This document shows, piece after piece, positions 49,697 to 61,706 of a stretch of DNA of 64,000 bases; the first letter of the stretch is position 1, and each line of letters begins with the position of its first letter. The notes under the pieces are model-generated. The model did not search any database and was not told where the DNA came from. It worked only from the letters and a program-made list of their open reading frames with translations. The position numbers and the translations under genes are program-made. Origin of the DNA: Chiloscyllium plagiosum. Lineage: Eukaryota. Where the stretch lies: assembly GCF_004010195.1 (NCBI RefSeq), contig NC_057719.1, positions 29,756,419-29,820,418 of the forward strand, read 5' to 3'.

Positions 49697-50206
49697 ATTG
49701 CATTTGAATCAGAAATGTGCAAATCGTGCCCTTTAAGACTGCATGCATGGTCAAAAAGAGAGCTCTGAAAAACTATAGTTGACTTATACATCATATACAG
49801 GTATATGAAAATTACAAGATTTGTTTGGCCAAAATAAGGGGTTACTTATATATGAAATCGACCTATATATGAGTATATATGGTAGCTTTGTTATTCAGCT
49901 GATATAAAGGTATAATTCTTACCTGATTATTGTTTACGCTTGGTACAAGCTTCCAATTATGTCTTATTTAATGCTCTGCCCAATGGTATAACTACTGTAA
50001 GAAGATCTATAAGCTACTCCAACCAGCACTTTCTGATTTATGATTTCTTGTCTTCACCCAGACTGATTGTTCTTCTAATTCTAATTCCTGAACATCTGAA
50101 ACAAGATCCTTTCTTACTACTTTAAAATAATCCTTTATTATCAAAGTTACTCCTGCTTGTTTTCCATTCAAAATAATAAATACCCTGGAATATATTGCTC
50201 AACTTT

Positions 50207-50368
50207 TGCTATAAATTCTATGCCTTACAACTGTGCCCTCCACAACCACCTGATGAAGGAGCAGTGCTCCGAAAGCTAGTGCTTCCAATTAAACCTGTTG
50301 GACTATAACCTGGTGTTGTGTGATTTTTAACTTTGTACACCCGAGTCCAACACTGGCATCTCCAAATC
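50207..50368 (+). mobile_element. Short Penelope-derived element (family B) with hammerhead
   Basis: 13 bp TSD ATTGCTCAACTTT (50194-50206) / ATTACTCAACTTT (50369-50381). Confidence 0.85.
50244..50284 (+). ncRNA. Minimal type I hammerhead ribozyme (family B), apparently intact
   Basis: Stem I CAC/GTG (extends AA/TT past a C-C mismatch), CTGATGA 50250-50256, stem II GGAGC/GCTCC, GAAA 50271-50274, palindromic AGCT stem III, CUA cleavage after 50278. Confidence 0.87.
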
Positions 50369-50709
50369 ATTACTCAACTTTGGTCACCTTGCAATCATGT
50401 TGTCATATATCAAACCCACTTATCTCTATTTGGGTCATTAGTTATATTGTTATGAATGCTTTGTAAAGCCTTTAATCTTAATTTTTGAATCACTATTCCT
50501 TGTTTGTACATTATTCATTGACATCTAGTATCTATCCTTGTCTCTTCCCATTCCATTCTCCCTCATTTTATCCAAATCACTTCACTTCTCTATTGTCTTG
50601 ACCTTTCTGTTTAAATTTCAAAATTTCCCTTCTCCTGATTTCTCAACAGTCTCCCGCACAACCCTTTTAATTCAAAACCCTGCCCAGTACCGTAGTTATT
50701 ATGATTCAA

Positions 50710-51050
50710 AGTTGATTAACTCAATTGGTGATCGGCTGGTATATAATGAGAATGATGCCAACAGCACAGGTTCAATTCTTGCACTACTGAGGTTACTGTG
50801 AAGGACTATCCCTCTTAACCCTCCCCTGAGACAACCAGTTGTCTCCCTCGGGGCGATGTGGACTTGTTGGGCCGAAGGGCCTGTTTCCACACTGTAAGTA
50901 ATCTAATCTAATCTAATCTAATCTAATCTTGCACTGCTGAGGTTACTGTGAACGACTATCCCTCTTAACCCTCCCCTGAGACAACCAGTTGTCTCCCTCT
51001 CTCTGATGAGTGATCGGCCCTATACTTCTTTCGGATTGTGGTGACTTTTT
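50710..51050 (+). mobile_element. Old tRNA-derived SINE containing a truncated HE1 tail (50850-50926) flanked by a 73 bp duplication
   Basis: A-box-like TAACTCAATTGG, B-box GGTTCAATTC; 50777-50849 repeated at 50927-50999. Confidence 0.7.
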
Positions 51051-51697
51051 ATGACTCGGCAGGATGCTGAATGCAGCCCAATTGAAGTGGAGCTCATCCC
51101 AACAGAACAGTTCCTTCATCTCCATGTTCTGCTATCAGCCTCCCATGAATCAAGATCACTTATCACACATCACATATGTCACTCCTCAAGCCACACATTA
51201 ATTGCTTGCCCCTATGCATTTTGTAAATGGTCCAGGTAATATTTCAAAAATTGAGGTTTTGAGATTCATGAATTTTAAATTGAACCATAACTCCCTAAAA
51301 TTTTCCAACAGAAAAATATATGTTCTACATATATCATTGGTGATCATGTGGACTTTGACAAACAGATCTTCCCCTTACTTCTTTGGTTTAGACAGTACAT
51401 TTGGATTGGCTCAGGTTTGGAGGGCCAAAGGGTCTGTTCCTGGGCTGTAAATTTTCTTTGTTCTTCTTTATTCTTTAATGCAGTTCTAGCAACAAGGTGA
51501 TGTCTTTCAGACAAGCACTGAATAGAAAACACAATCTTCAGCACTGCTGAAAACAGTACCCAGCCTCTTAATTATATTGTTGCTATCATTACCACATTTT
51601 TTTTATTCTACCTACTGGAATATCATCCTATATGATGGTGAATTTGTCTATCCAGCTGGGAGTCCTTGTTATCATTCACATAGGGAACAAATACTTT

Positions 51698-51794
51698 GGA
51701 TTCTGGATTAGTGGTGCTGGAAGAGCACAGCAATTCAGGCAGCATCCGAGGACAGGCAAAATCGACGTTTCGGGCAAAAGCCCTTCATCAGGAA
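51698..51794 (-). mobile_element. Short hammerhead-headed element (family A)
   Basis: Nearly identical to 52810-52935 over its length; no clear TSD. Confidence 0.85.
51761..51794 (-). ncRNA. Minimal hammerhead (family A), apparently intact
   Basis: Minus strand TTC-CTGATGA-A-GGGCTTTTGCCC-GAAA-CGTC|GAT. Confidence 0.82.
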
Positions 51795-52809
51795 CGGACC
51801 TGTTGACCAAAGCTAAATGGCAATGTTCCTCAATCACTATGTCCAGAATCCCAATATTCATCCTATCGAAAAGATAGGCAGGTGGGCAGAGGAGGTACGG
51901 TTGCCTAGTTGGAAAGAAATAAAATCAAATCAGGAGTAGGAAACGAAGTCAGGCCAGATGGTGTGGAATCTGTTTGGGTAGAATTGAGGAACCGCAAAGA
52001 TAAAAAAAAATCATAATTGGATTTGTGTACAGGCAACCAAACAGTAGTCAGAAGCTGGGGTACAAGATAGACAAGGAGATAGAAAAGATGTGTAGGAGAG
52101 GCAAAGTTACAGTGATCATGGGAAATTCCAGTATGCAGGTGGACTGGGAAAATCATGTTGGTAGTGGATTGCAAGAAAAAGAATTTGTGGAATATCTACA
52201 AGATGGTGTTTTGAAGCAGCTGGTAGTGGAGCCCACCATGGAACAGGCAATACTAGATTTAGTGTTGTGCAATGAGGCAGACTTGATAAGGGAGCTTAAG
52301 CTGAAGAAGCCCTGAGGAGACAGTGATCATAATATGATTGAATTTACTCTGCAATTTGAGAGGGAGAAGAAAGAATCAGAGGTAACGGTATTACAGCTGA
52401 ATAAAGGCAACTACGGAAGCATGAGGGAGGAGCTGGGTAGAATTTACTGGGAGATGAGCCGAGCAGGAAAGACAGTGGAATAGCAATGGCAGCAGCTTTT
52501 GGGAATAAGTCAGGAGAAGAAGAAGAAATTCTTCCCGAATAAAAAGAAGCATGGTACAGGGAGGATGCGGCAACCATGGCTGACTAAGGAAGTCAAGGAT
52601 AGCATAAAAGCAAAAGAGGAAGTATATAATGTGGGGAAGAGCAGTGAGAAACCAGAGGAAGCTTACAAAGACCAACAGAGGGCAATGAAAAAAGAAATAA
52701 GGAGGAAGAAGATTAAATATCAGCTTAAGCTAGCCGGTAATATAAAGGAAGACTGTAGGAGTTTCTTTACATATATATAGGGGAAAAGAGAGGCAAAAGT
52801 AAACATTGG

Positions 52810-52935
52810 ATAAAAACAATGACTGCAGATGCTGAAAACCAGATTCTGGATCAGTGGTGCTGGAAGAGCACAGCAATTCAGGCAGCATCTGAGGACAGGC
52901 AAAATCGACGTTTCGGGCAAAAGCCCTTCATCAGG
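52810..52935 (-). mobile_element. Short hammerhead-headed element (family A), young
   Basis: Perfect 15 bp TSD AAAAGTAAACATTGG at 52795-52809 and 52936-52950. Confidence 0.92.
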
Positions 52936-52937
52936 AA
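52904..52937 (-). ncRNA. Minimal hammerhead (family A), apparently intact
   Basis: Minus strand TTC-CTGATGA(52934-52928)-A-GGGCTTTTGCCC-GAAA-CGTC|GAT. Confidence 0.82.
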
Positions 52938-53039
52938 AAGTAAACATTGGGCCACTGAAAAATGACGCAGGATTGGTAATAGTGGGGAACAAGGAAACGG
53001 CTGACAAACTATATCAGTCTTCACAGTGGAAGACATGAG

Positions 53040-53735
53040 TGTTACGAAGGTGTAGAAGTGTATTGTACCTTTAAGAGAGTGAAGGACTTGGCAAGCACCC
53101 TGAGACTTTACAATGTAACATTTGGTTCAGAACAGATAGCACTGGCTGAGTTGCTATGAAACAAAACAAGTTCAAATTTGGCTAATCAGTTTAAAGTATA
53201 CACTGAAAATACCAAATTCCAATCAAGCTTGAATTGAATATATTGACAATCTTAAAAGCCAATCACACAATCCAATGCTTTGAGCATATAAGACTGGGGA
53301 AAATTGAATAATTGAGATGAGAACTGCCAATCCACCAACATGTAAAGACTGCCTGAAAAATAGCTCTCTTAAAGGTACCTCTATCGATCAGTAAACTATG
53401 AAGCAGAATCCCCAAGAAGAAGAAAAGAAGACAGGAATACAGAGAAGAACTGAAAGCTGCCTAGTTTTGAGATAAGAAGTTCAGTTTTGTAAACTTTAAT
53501 CAGCAATATTTTCAGACTAGTATTGTAGAAGGGGAAGGTAAAAGGTAGGTTAGAGGAAGGAGTTGTAAATAGTTGCTAGTTAATTACTCTCTGTTATACT
53601 TTAAGAAACAAAGTTGTTAATTTTTACTTTAAATAGTTCTTGGCCTCTCGAATTTTCACATATTACTGCAGGGGAGAAATCTTTTCTGTGTTGCTGGCTT
53701 TAAATTGGCAGAGGGGTTTACCCTGTGTCGTAACA
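53040..53735 (+). mobile_element. Solo LTR (Gypsy/Gmr1-type)
   Basis: TGTTACGA...TCGTAACA termini, 4 bp TSD TGAG/TGAA; homologous to 60471-61193. Confidence 0.88.
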
Positions 53736-55722
53736 TGAATAATATACAAAAATTCAAGTGAGTAAGGGGGAAGAGCTAGATATGGTTGCCATCACCTAGG
53801 AGAAAGTGCTAGAAAAACTGATAGGATATGTGTGGATAAATCATATGGACTAGATGGACTACACCCCAGAGTTCTATGGGAGATAGCTAAAGACTTAGTA
53901 GTAGAAGCGTTAGTGATGATCTTTCAGGAATCATCAGAATCAGGAAGGATCCCAGTGAACTAGAAACTTGCTAATGTGATACCCCTGTTTAAAAAATGAA
54001 TATGTGGAAAATCACAGACAGATTAGCCTAACCTCAGTCATATATAAGATTGTGGAATCCATTGTGAAGGATGAGATTTCTGAATACTTCAAAGTATCTG
54101 GTAAAATAGGGCAAAGTCAGCATGATTACATCATGGGAGATCATGCCTGACAAATTGGCTAGAATTTTTTGAGGATGTAATGAGCAGATTAGACCAAGGA
54201 GAGCCAATGGATGTTATCTACTTGGACTTCAAGAAAGCCTTTGACAAGGTGCCACACAGAAGGCTATTGAGCAAGATAAGGGCCTATCATGTTAGACACA
54301 AGGTGCGAGCATGGACAGAAGCTTGGCTGTCTGACAGAGAGCAGAGAGTGGGGATAAAATGGTCCTTCTCAAGATGTCAGCCAGTGACAAGTGATGTTCC
54401 ACAAGACTCAGTGGAAGGACCACAACTTTTCACTTTATACATTAACAATCTAGATGACTGCAGTGAGTGAATTCTGGCTAAGTTTGCAGATTATGTAAAA
54501 ATAGGTAGAGGAACAGGTAGCATTGAGGTGGAGAACCTGCAGAAATATTTGGACAGGTTAGGAGAGTGGACAAAGAAGTGGCAGATGGAGTACAAAGTGG
54601 GAAAGTGTGAGGTCATGCACGTTGGTCGGAAGAATAGAAGCCTAAACTATTTTCTAAATTGGGAGAAAATTCAGAAGTCTCAAGTGCAAAGAGGCTTGGG
54701 AGTTCTAGTCCAGGATTCTCTCAAGGTAAACTTGCAGGTTGAATCAGTAGTAAGGAAGGCAAATGCAATGATGGCATTTATTTTGAGAGAACTTGAATAT
54801 AAAAGCAGGGATGTACTTCTGAGGCACTATAAGTGTCTGATGAGACCACATTTGGAGTATTGTGCACAGTTTTAGGCCCCCTATCTCAGGAAGGATGTAC
54901 TGGCCTTGGAATGTATTCAGAGGAAGTTCACAAGAATGGTCCCAGGAATGAAAAGCTTAACATATGTTATGAAGTTGAAGGCATGTACTGCACCTTTAAG
55001 AGAGAGTGAAAATTGTTTTGCACTCAGAGCTTGCAGGCACCTGTCATGTGACTGACTAGCAGTCTCAGAATGTACTGGAAAATTGAAAATATGTAACATT
55101 TGGATGTGAAACAAACACCTGAGTTTTGGTTGCTATGTTGACAACCATTGAAATTTAACCAATCAGATTAAATTATGCTCCAGGATACTAAAACCCTACT
55201 GATTTTGAATTTACTGTTTTGTCAACATTGAACCACTGAGATTATTTGATGTTTTGGGTATAAAGAAGCAGGCATTTTGACAGTCAGCCAGAGAGCAACT
55301 GCCACTGAGAGACTGTGATTCAAAACACTTTCTATCAAAGATACCTTTTTCATGTGAAACATCTTTACAGCAAAAGATTGAAGATGACCCAGAAAGATCT
55401 GCAGCTGAAAGAAGACAGATACTGATGACAACAGGGTGGTTTTGAAATTATGTTGATGTAATTTTAATGCGGCTTTTATTGGAACAGTTCATTGTTATAG
55501 ATTTGGAGATAGATAACAAACCTTTAAGAGAAAGGAGGCTTAGAGTTGGAAATAAGTGTTGTTTAATGTTCACTTTTAGGATTAAAGAATAATTTTTTTC
55601 TTTAAATAGTGGAATTTGGGAGTTCTCTGTCACTCATACTTTAACAGATTATGAGGCAAAGTGAGCTTTTCTGGGTGTTTGGTTTAATTAGCAGAAGGGT
55701 TCACTGTCATGTTGTAACATTT

Positions 55723-55742
55723 TGGGGGCTCGGGTCTGTGAT
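55723..55742 (+). promoter_or_regulatory. tRNA-Pro-type primer binding site (degenerate)
   Basis: TGGGGGCTCGGGTCTGTGAT vs tRNA-Pro PBS TGGGGGCTCGTCCGGGAT, 3 nt after the LTR end. Confidence 0.75.
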
Positions 55743-55777
55743 TTTGACAGGTTTAGACAGATCCAGTCTGGAATTAT

Positions 55778-56575
55778 GGGGAGACAATGGTCTAGTGGTA
55801 TTATTGTGAGACTGTTAATCCAAAGACTCCAGGTAATATTCTGGGGACTTGTGTTTGAATCTCACCACAGCAGACTGTAAATTTTGATTGTCGGAAAAAC
55901 CCAATCCTGTGGCACTCCACAGGTCAGAGGCCTCCAGTCTGAAAAGCCTCCACCACCATCCTCTGTCTTGTACCTTCAATCCATTTCTGTATCCATGCAA
56001 TCTAACCTTGTTAACCTCTCCCATGGGGAACCTTGTCGAACGCCTTACAAGTCCATATGCATTATGTTCACCAGTCTGCCCTCATCAATCCTCTTTGTTA
56101 CTTCTTCAAAAAACTTAATCACCTTCGTCAACCACATTGCTGTGGGTGTGGAGTCACACATAGGCTAGACCAGGTAAGGATGGCAAATTCCTTTCCTAGA
56201 GGGCATAAATTTAGGGTGAGAGGGGAAAGATATAAAAGGGACGTAAGGGGCTACGTTTTCATGCAGAGGGTGGTGGTGTGTATGGAATGAGCTGCCAGAT
56301 GAAGTGGTGGGGGTTGGTACAATTGCAACATTTAAAAGGTATCTGGATGGGTATATGAATAGGAAAGGTTTCAGGGATATGGGCCAGGTGCTGGCAGGTG
56401 GGACGAGATTAAGTTGGGGTATCTGGTCGGCATGGACGAGTTGGGCCGAAGGGTCTGCTTCTCTGCTGTACCTCTCTATGACTCTATGATTTTTAACTGC
56501 CCTCTGAGCAATTAGGGACTGGCAATTAATGCTGGCTTGGCCAGTGACACTCTCACCTTGTGAATGAACTTTTTA
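55778..56575. mobile_element. Deu/SacSINE-like SINE with a CR1 insertion and a ~300 bp internal inversion
   Basis: SINE head (+) 55778-55900, CR1 RT piece (-) about 55901-56125, SINE middle (-) about 56126-56197, CR1 3' end (+) to 56489, SINE tail (+) to about 56575. Confidence 0.7.
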
Positions 56576-57142
56576 AAAATTGGACAGATTTGAATAGATT
56601 TTGGGGTACAAAAGATCCCAGCAGATTTAAACACTTGCCGATTAATGTCCTAGATCTTTAAATAAAATGTAAGTGAGATAATTTGTTTAATTTCGGTCAC
56701 TTGTGGTTGGTTAAATTAAATGTGAGAGAAATCGCTCTTAAGACTGCTGAAGAGGTTCTGGGATTTGAAGATGATTCCCAAATTTGCCAAGAAAGTTTAG
56801 AAAGACAGAAGGAGGACATACTTTTAGAATTAGCAAATAGGCTATCAATTAGGTCTAACCAGGGACAATCGGAAAGCTGACATTGTAAGGGAGTTAGTCA
56901 AGCGCTTAGGTGTGTCAGAGAAACAGACAAGGGCAGTCGAGTTAGAAAAACATAAATTACAATTGTGAAAAATGGAGTTAGAAGATAAAGAAAGGGAAAG
57001 AAGATCCATGAGAGAGGAAAAAGAAAGAGAGAGATGGTTCTTAGCTGAGCAAAGAGAGAGAGAGAGAGGAGAAAAGGAGAGAGAAAGAGAGAGAAAAGAA
57101 CGAGAAAAGGAGAGAGAACTTGAACTTCAGAAGTTGTGACTT

Positions 57143-57565
57143 AGAGTCATCGAGTCATAGAGATGTACAGCATGAAAACAGACCCTTCGGTCCAACCCGT
57201 CCATGCCGACCAGATATCCCAACCCAATCTAGTCCCACCTGCCAGCACCCGGCCCATATCCCTCCAAACCCTTCCTATTCATATACCCATCCAAATGCCT
57301 TTTAAATGTTGCATTGTATCTGCCTCCACCACATCCTCTGGCAGCTCATTCCATACACCTACCACCCTCTGCGTAAAAAAGTTGCCCCTTAGATCTCTTT
57401 TATATCTTTCCCCTCTCACTCTAAACCTATGCCCTCTAGTTCTGGACTCCCCAACCCCAGGGAAAAGACTTTGTTTATTTATCCTAACCATGCCACTCAT
57501 AATTTTGTAAACCTCTAAAAGGTCACCCTTCAGCCTCTGACGCTCCAGGGAAAACAGCCCCAGCT
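57143..57565 (-). mobile_element. CR1 3' fragment inserted in Gmr1 gag
   Basis: SRTRGHRFRVRGERYKRDLRGNFFTQRVV; tail GTCATAGAGATGTACAGC. Confidence 0.9.
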
Positions 57566-60470
57566 AGTCAGGAAAGTCAACTTAACAGGATGGTGGGGAA
57601 GAGAGAAGGTAGTGATATATATAAATATGATAAAACACTGCCACATTTTGATGAAAAAGATGTTGAAGCCTTCTTTATTTCATTTGGAAAATTGGCTTGG
57701 CAGATAGAGCGGTCAGAGAACTTGTGTTAGTTTAGAATAAGTTGGTAGGCAAAGCTAGTGAGGTATTTGCAGTACTGTCAGATGAGGGGTCAAGAGATTG
57801 TTATTTTTAGTGCTTTCGAATTGGTACCAGGAGCAAATATGCAGCACTTCAAAAACATAAAGAAGGAAGCAGGTCAGACTTACGTTGAGTTCTGAAGAAT
57901 TAAACATAGTAATTTTGATAGACGGGTGCAGGCCTTAAAAATAGATAAGACCTATGAGGCTCTAAAAGAGATTATTCTGCTGGAGGGGTTTAAAAACTCA
58001 CTTCCAGAGATGATGAGAATTCATGTGGATAAACAGAAAGTTCAAGAAGTGAGAAGAGCAGCAGAGATGGCAGATGAATATGCATTTGTGTACAAGGCAA
58101 AGTTTAGCTTCTGGCAAGAATTGTATCCTATGAGGGATAGAAATTGGGAGAAGGGGAGATCCTACACTACAAAACAAAGGATAAAGACTACTAGTGATAG
58201 TTTACCACAGATTAAAAAAGCAGCCCAAGAGGGTGAAAAGGAGATGAAAGGCCTCACTTGTTTCCACTGTGGTAAACTGGGACATGTAAAGTCACAGTGC
58301 TGGTCAGTAAAGAAAGGCACTGTGGAAAAGATGTGGAGACAATAAAAGATATGTTGATGCATACACAGAAAAGGAGTCAGAGAATATTCCTGAGGGTTAT
58401 TATCTGAAAGATAGAACTCTAAGATGAAAATGGAGACCATGGCAGGTTAGTGCAGAGAAGAAATGGGCAGAAGTGCACCAGATTGTGTTGCAGGTAGCAT
58501 GCAGACAGGAAATGTAACAGGTAGCACATGAATTACCAGTCAGAGGTCTCCTAGTTGTAAGGAAGACTCAAGCTAAGGTACAAAAGCATTTCTATTGGTC
58601 TGGACTGCATAAGGATGTGGTTAACTTTTGCCATACATTGTCATTCATGCTAAATGGTAGGTAAGCCACAGGCAGTCCTAGAACCAGCACTTTTGTTGCC
58701 AATTCCCACATTCAAAGAACCTTTCAAGCGGGTTATAATTGACTGTGTAGGTCCTGGCCCAAAATCTAAAAGTGGGAACCAAAACTTGCTAACCGTAACG
58801 AATATCTACCAGATTTCTGAAGGCAATTCCATTACTGAGTATTAAGTCAAAAAGAGTGGTAGAGAAGAGTTAATAGCATTCTTAATGCGGCATGGACTAC
58901 CCAGAGAGATTCAGACCATGTGTCTGTTTTTATTGTTAGGCTGTTTAAGGATGTCATGGATATCTTAGGCATATAGCACTTTAAATCAATGGTGTATCAT
59001 CCAGAATCCCAAGGAGTTTTGGAAAGCTGACATCAGATTCTGAAGACCATGTTAAGAGCATACTTTCAAGATTACTCGAATGACTGGGATAAAGATATCC
59101 CATTCATATTGTTTGCCATTAGAGATGCCCCAAATGAATCTACTCAGTTTACTCCCTTTGAGTTAATATTCGGACATGAAGTAAGAGGGCCTTTGAAATT
59201 CATTGAAGATAAATTGACAGGTCCAAAGTCAGAGATCTCACACTTGCTTATGTATCGGAGGTGAGGGAGAGATTAAATTGGGTAAGTGAGTTAAACAGCA
59301 CCTGAAGTGGGCACAGCATAGAATGAAGTAGGTGGCAGACAAAAACTCTGGAATTCAGACATTTTCCCATGGGAGGATGTCATATTATATTCTTACCAAT
59401 GATAGGAGATCCCTTCAAAGCCAGGTTTAGTGGTCCCTATCAAATTGAGAAAAACTTGAGTCAGGTAAACTATCTGGTAAAATTGCCTGACATCGATAAA
59501 GATAGCATCGAACTGGTTCAGAGCAAGTGGAGTTCGCCAATTGTGTTAGTTCCCAAACCTGACTGGACTCAACGATTTTGTGTGGACTATCAGAAGGTCA
59601 ATGCAAATACCAAGATTGGAGGACTGTATAGAGAAAGTTGGACAGGCCAATTACATCACAAAGGTGGACTTACTGTGTGGTCATTGGCAGGTAATTTTAT
59701 CAGAGAAAGCAAAAGAAGTTTCTGCGTTTGTAACCCCAAATGGTCTATATCAATTCAAAGTGATGCCGTTTGGAATAAAGAATGCACCAGCCACATTCCA
59801 AAGACTCATGAACAGAGGTATGGCTGAGTTAACAAACTGTGCAGTCTATGTGGATGATGTAGTGATCTTTAGTGAGTCATGGAAACATCACATGGTACAA
59901 TTGGCAGTGATGTTTGAATAATTAAGAGAAGCAAAACTAGTAAAAAACTTAAAGAAAACAGAATTCACGAAGGCAGAGGTGATGTTCTTGGGATATAACA
60001 TCGGTCATGGAAGGTTGAAGGTCATAGAAGGAACGCAAAGATGAAGGCCATCGAGGAATTTCCATGATCAATCTTGAAGAAAGAGGTGCTTCAATTTTTG
60101 GGACTAAGTGGATTCTAATGAAAGTTTGTTCCAAACTTCAACAGCATGGTGGCACCACTAACAGATTTACTGAAGAAGAACACAAATCTTTGGTGGACAG
60201 AACAATATCAGGAGGCATTTGACAATTTAAAAACAATATGAACAACCACCCCAGTTTTAGCTACATCAATTTTTTGAAATGCTTTAAAGTTGCAATCAAT
60301 GCTTGTGAGAGAGGCGTTGGATGTGTACTGCTACAGTCAGATTATGATGGAATTGAATGGAGAGTTGGTTACTTTTCAAAGAAACTCAACACCCTCCAGA
60401 GAAAATAACTCTACCATTGAAAAGGAAATATTGAGTTTGGTACTGGCCTTACAACATTTTCATGTTTATG

Positions 60471-61193
60471 TGTTATGATATGGGGTAAACCCCTCTGCTA
60501 ATTTAAACCAACAACACAGAAAAGATTCACCCCGTACTGTAATCTGTTAAAATTCAAGAGGTAAAGAACTATCCCAAAATTCACTATTGAAAGTAAAAAT
60601 TAACAATTTTATTTCTTTATATCTAACAGAGAATATTAACTAACAACTATTTACAATTCTTTTCTCTTAACCCTATCTTTTACCTCCCCCTCTACAATGC
60701 TGGTCTGATTTTTTAAAAAAATCCTGATTCCGATTTACAAAAGAAAATTAATCACGTTTCATAACCAGCCAGCTTCGCTGAGTTTCCTCTGTAGATTTTT
60801 CTCTGTAGATTCTCTCTCCAAGTCAGTTTCTATGTTCTGCTGTACAAACTTCTTTAACAGACAGGTACTTTTATGAGCGCTCTTAAACTAGCAGCTGACC
60901 TCTGTTGGTCTTTTGATAGTTCTCTCTCAACTGTTCAAACATATTCAGTTTTATACCCCCAAAACATTGGATTTTTTCATTGTTTTTAATATTATCAAAC
61001 CATTAAATTCAAACTTGATTGGAGTTTGGGATATTTGGTCATAATTTAAACTGATTGGCCAAATTTGAATTTGTTTTTGTCTCATGGCAACGTAGCTACA
61101 TTGTTACCTTGTTCTGGACTCTGTGTGCTTCTCTAAGTCTTTGCTAGCTTTTCAACTCTCTTAAGGGTACTGTACCCCTACACCTTCATAACA
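60471..61193 (-). mobile_element. Solo LTR inserted antisense in the Gmr1 RNase H region
   Basis: TGTTATGA...TCATAACA termini, perfect TATG TSD (60467-60470, 61194-61197); same family as 53040-53735. Confidence 0.9.
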
Positions 61194-61550
61194 TATGTGA
61201 TGAACATTGTGTCGGAGACAGTTGTGTACACAGATCACAATGCTTTTACATTCTTGGAATGATTTAAAGGCAAGTATATGAGACTATTTCATTGGAGTCT
61301 TATGTTATAGAGTTTTAATTTACAAATTATGCATGTTTCAGGTCATAAGAATGTGATAGCAGATGCATTATCGTGGATTTAATGGTAAAATATAGATAAG
61401 ATTGAACAGATACCAATGTTATATATATATATGTGTGGAAATTAATATGAACTTAGATTAATGTCCTATGTATTTCTTTGTAATGGGGTCAAGAATTAGA
61501 AAAATATAAAGCCATCTTTTCATTATGATGGTTCATTTTTTCTGAGAGGT

Positions 61551-61706
61551 ATATAGGTATCTGGATGGGTATATGAATAGGAAGGGTTTAGAGGGATATG
61601 GCCAAGTGCTGGCAAATGGAACTAGATTAGGTTAGGATAACTGGGTGGCATGGACGAGTTGGACCAAAGGCACTGTTTCTGTATTGTACATCTCTACGAC
61701 TCTCTG
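61551..61706 (+). mobile_element. CR1 3' tail
   Basis: GGTATCTGGATGGGTATATGAATAGGAAGGG...TGTACATCTCTACGACTCT. Confidence 0.85.

Larger units (their letters stand above)
44420..49884 (-). mobile_element. pogo/Tigger-type DNA transposon (Brinker-DBD/POGK-like transposase) interrupted by nested CR1s
   Basis: Decayed terminal inverted repeats including TA: TACTCTATAAACTTGTGTATAAGTTGA (44420-44446) vs reverse complement of 49858-49884 (19/27 match); transposase remnants below. Confidence 0.8.

Noticed and set aside
51003..51045. CTGATGA followed by a possible hairpin, as an additional hammerhead
   Set aside because: No GAAA box or stem I partner; it lies in the tail of a tRNA-SINE
56985..57120. 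GA-rich repeat as a separate microsatellite feature
   Set aside because: Falls within the Gmr1-like gag and encodes an E/R/K-rich coiled-coil; not independent
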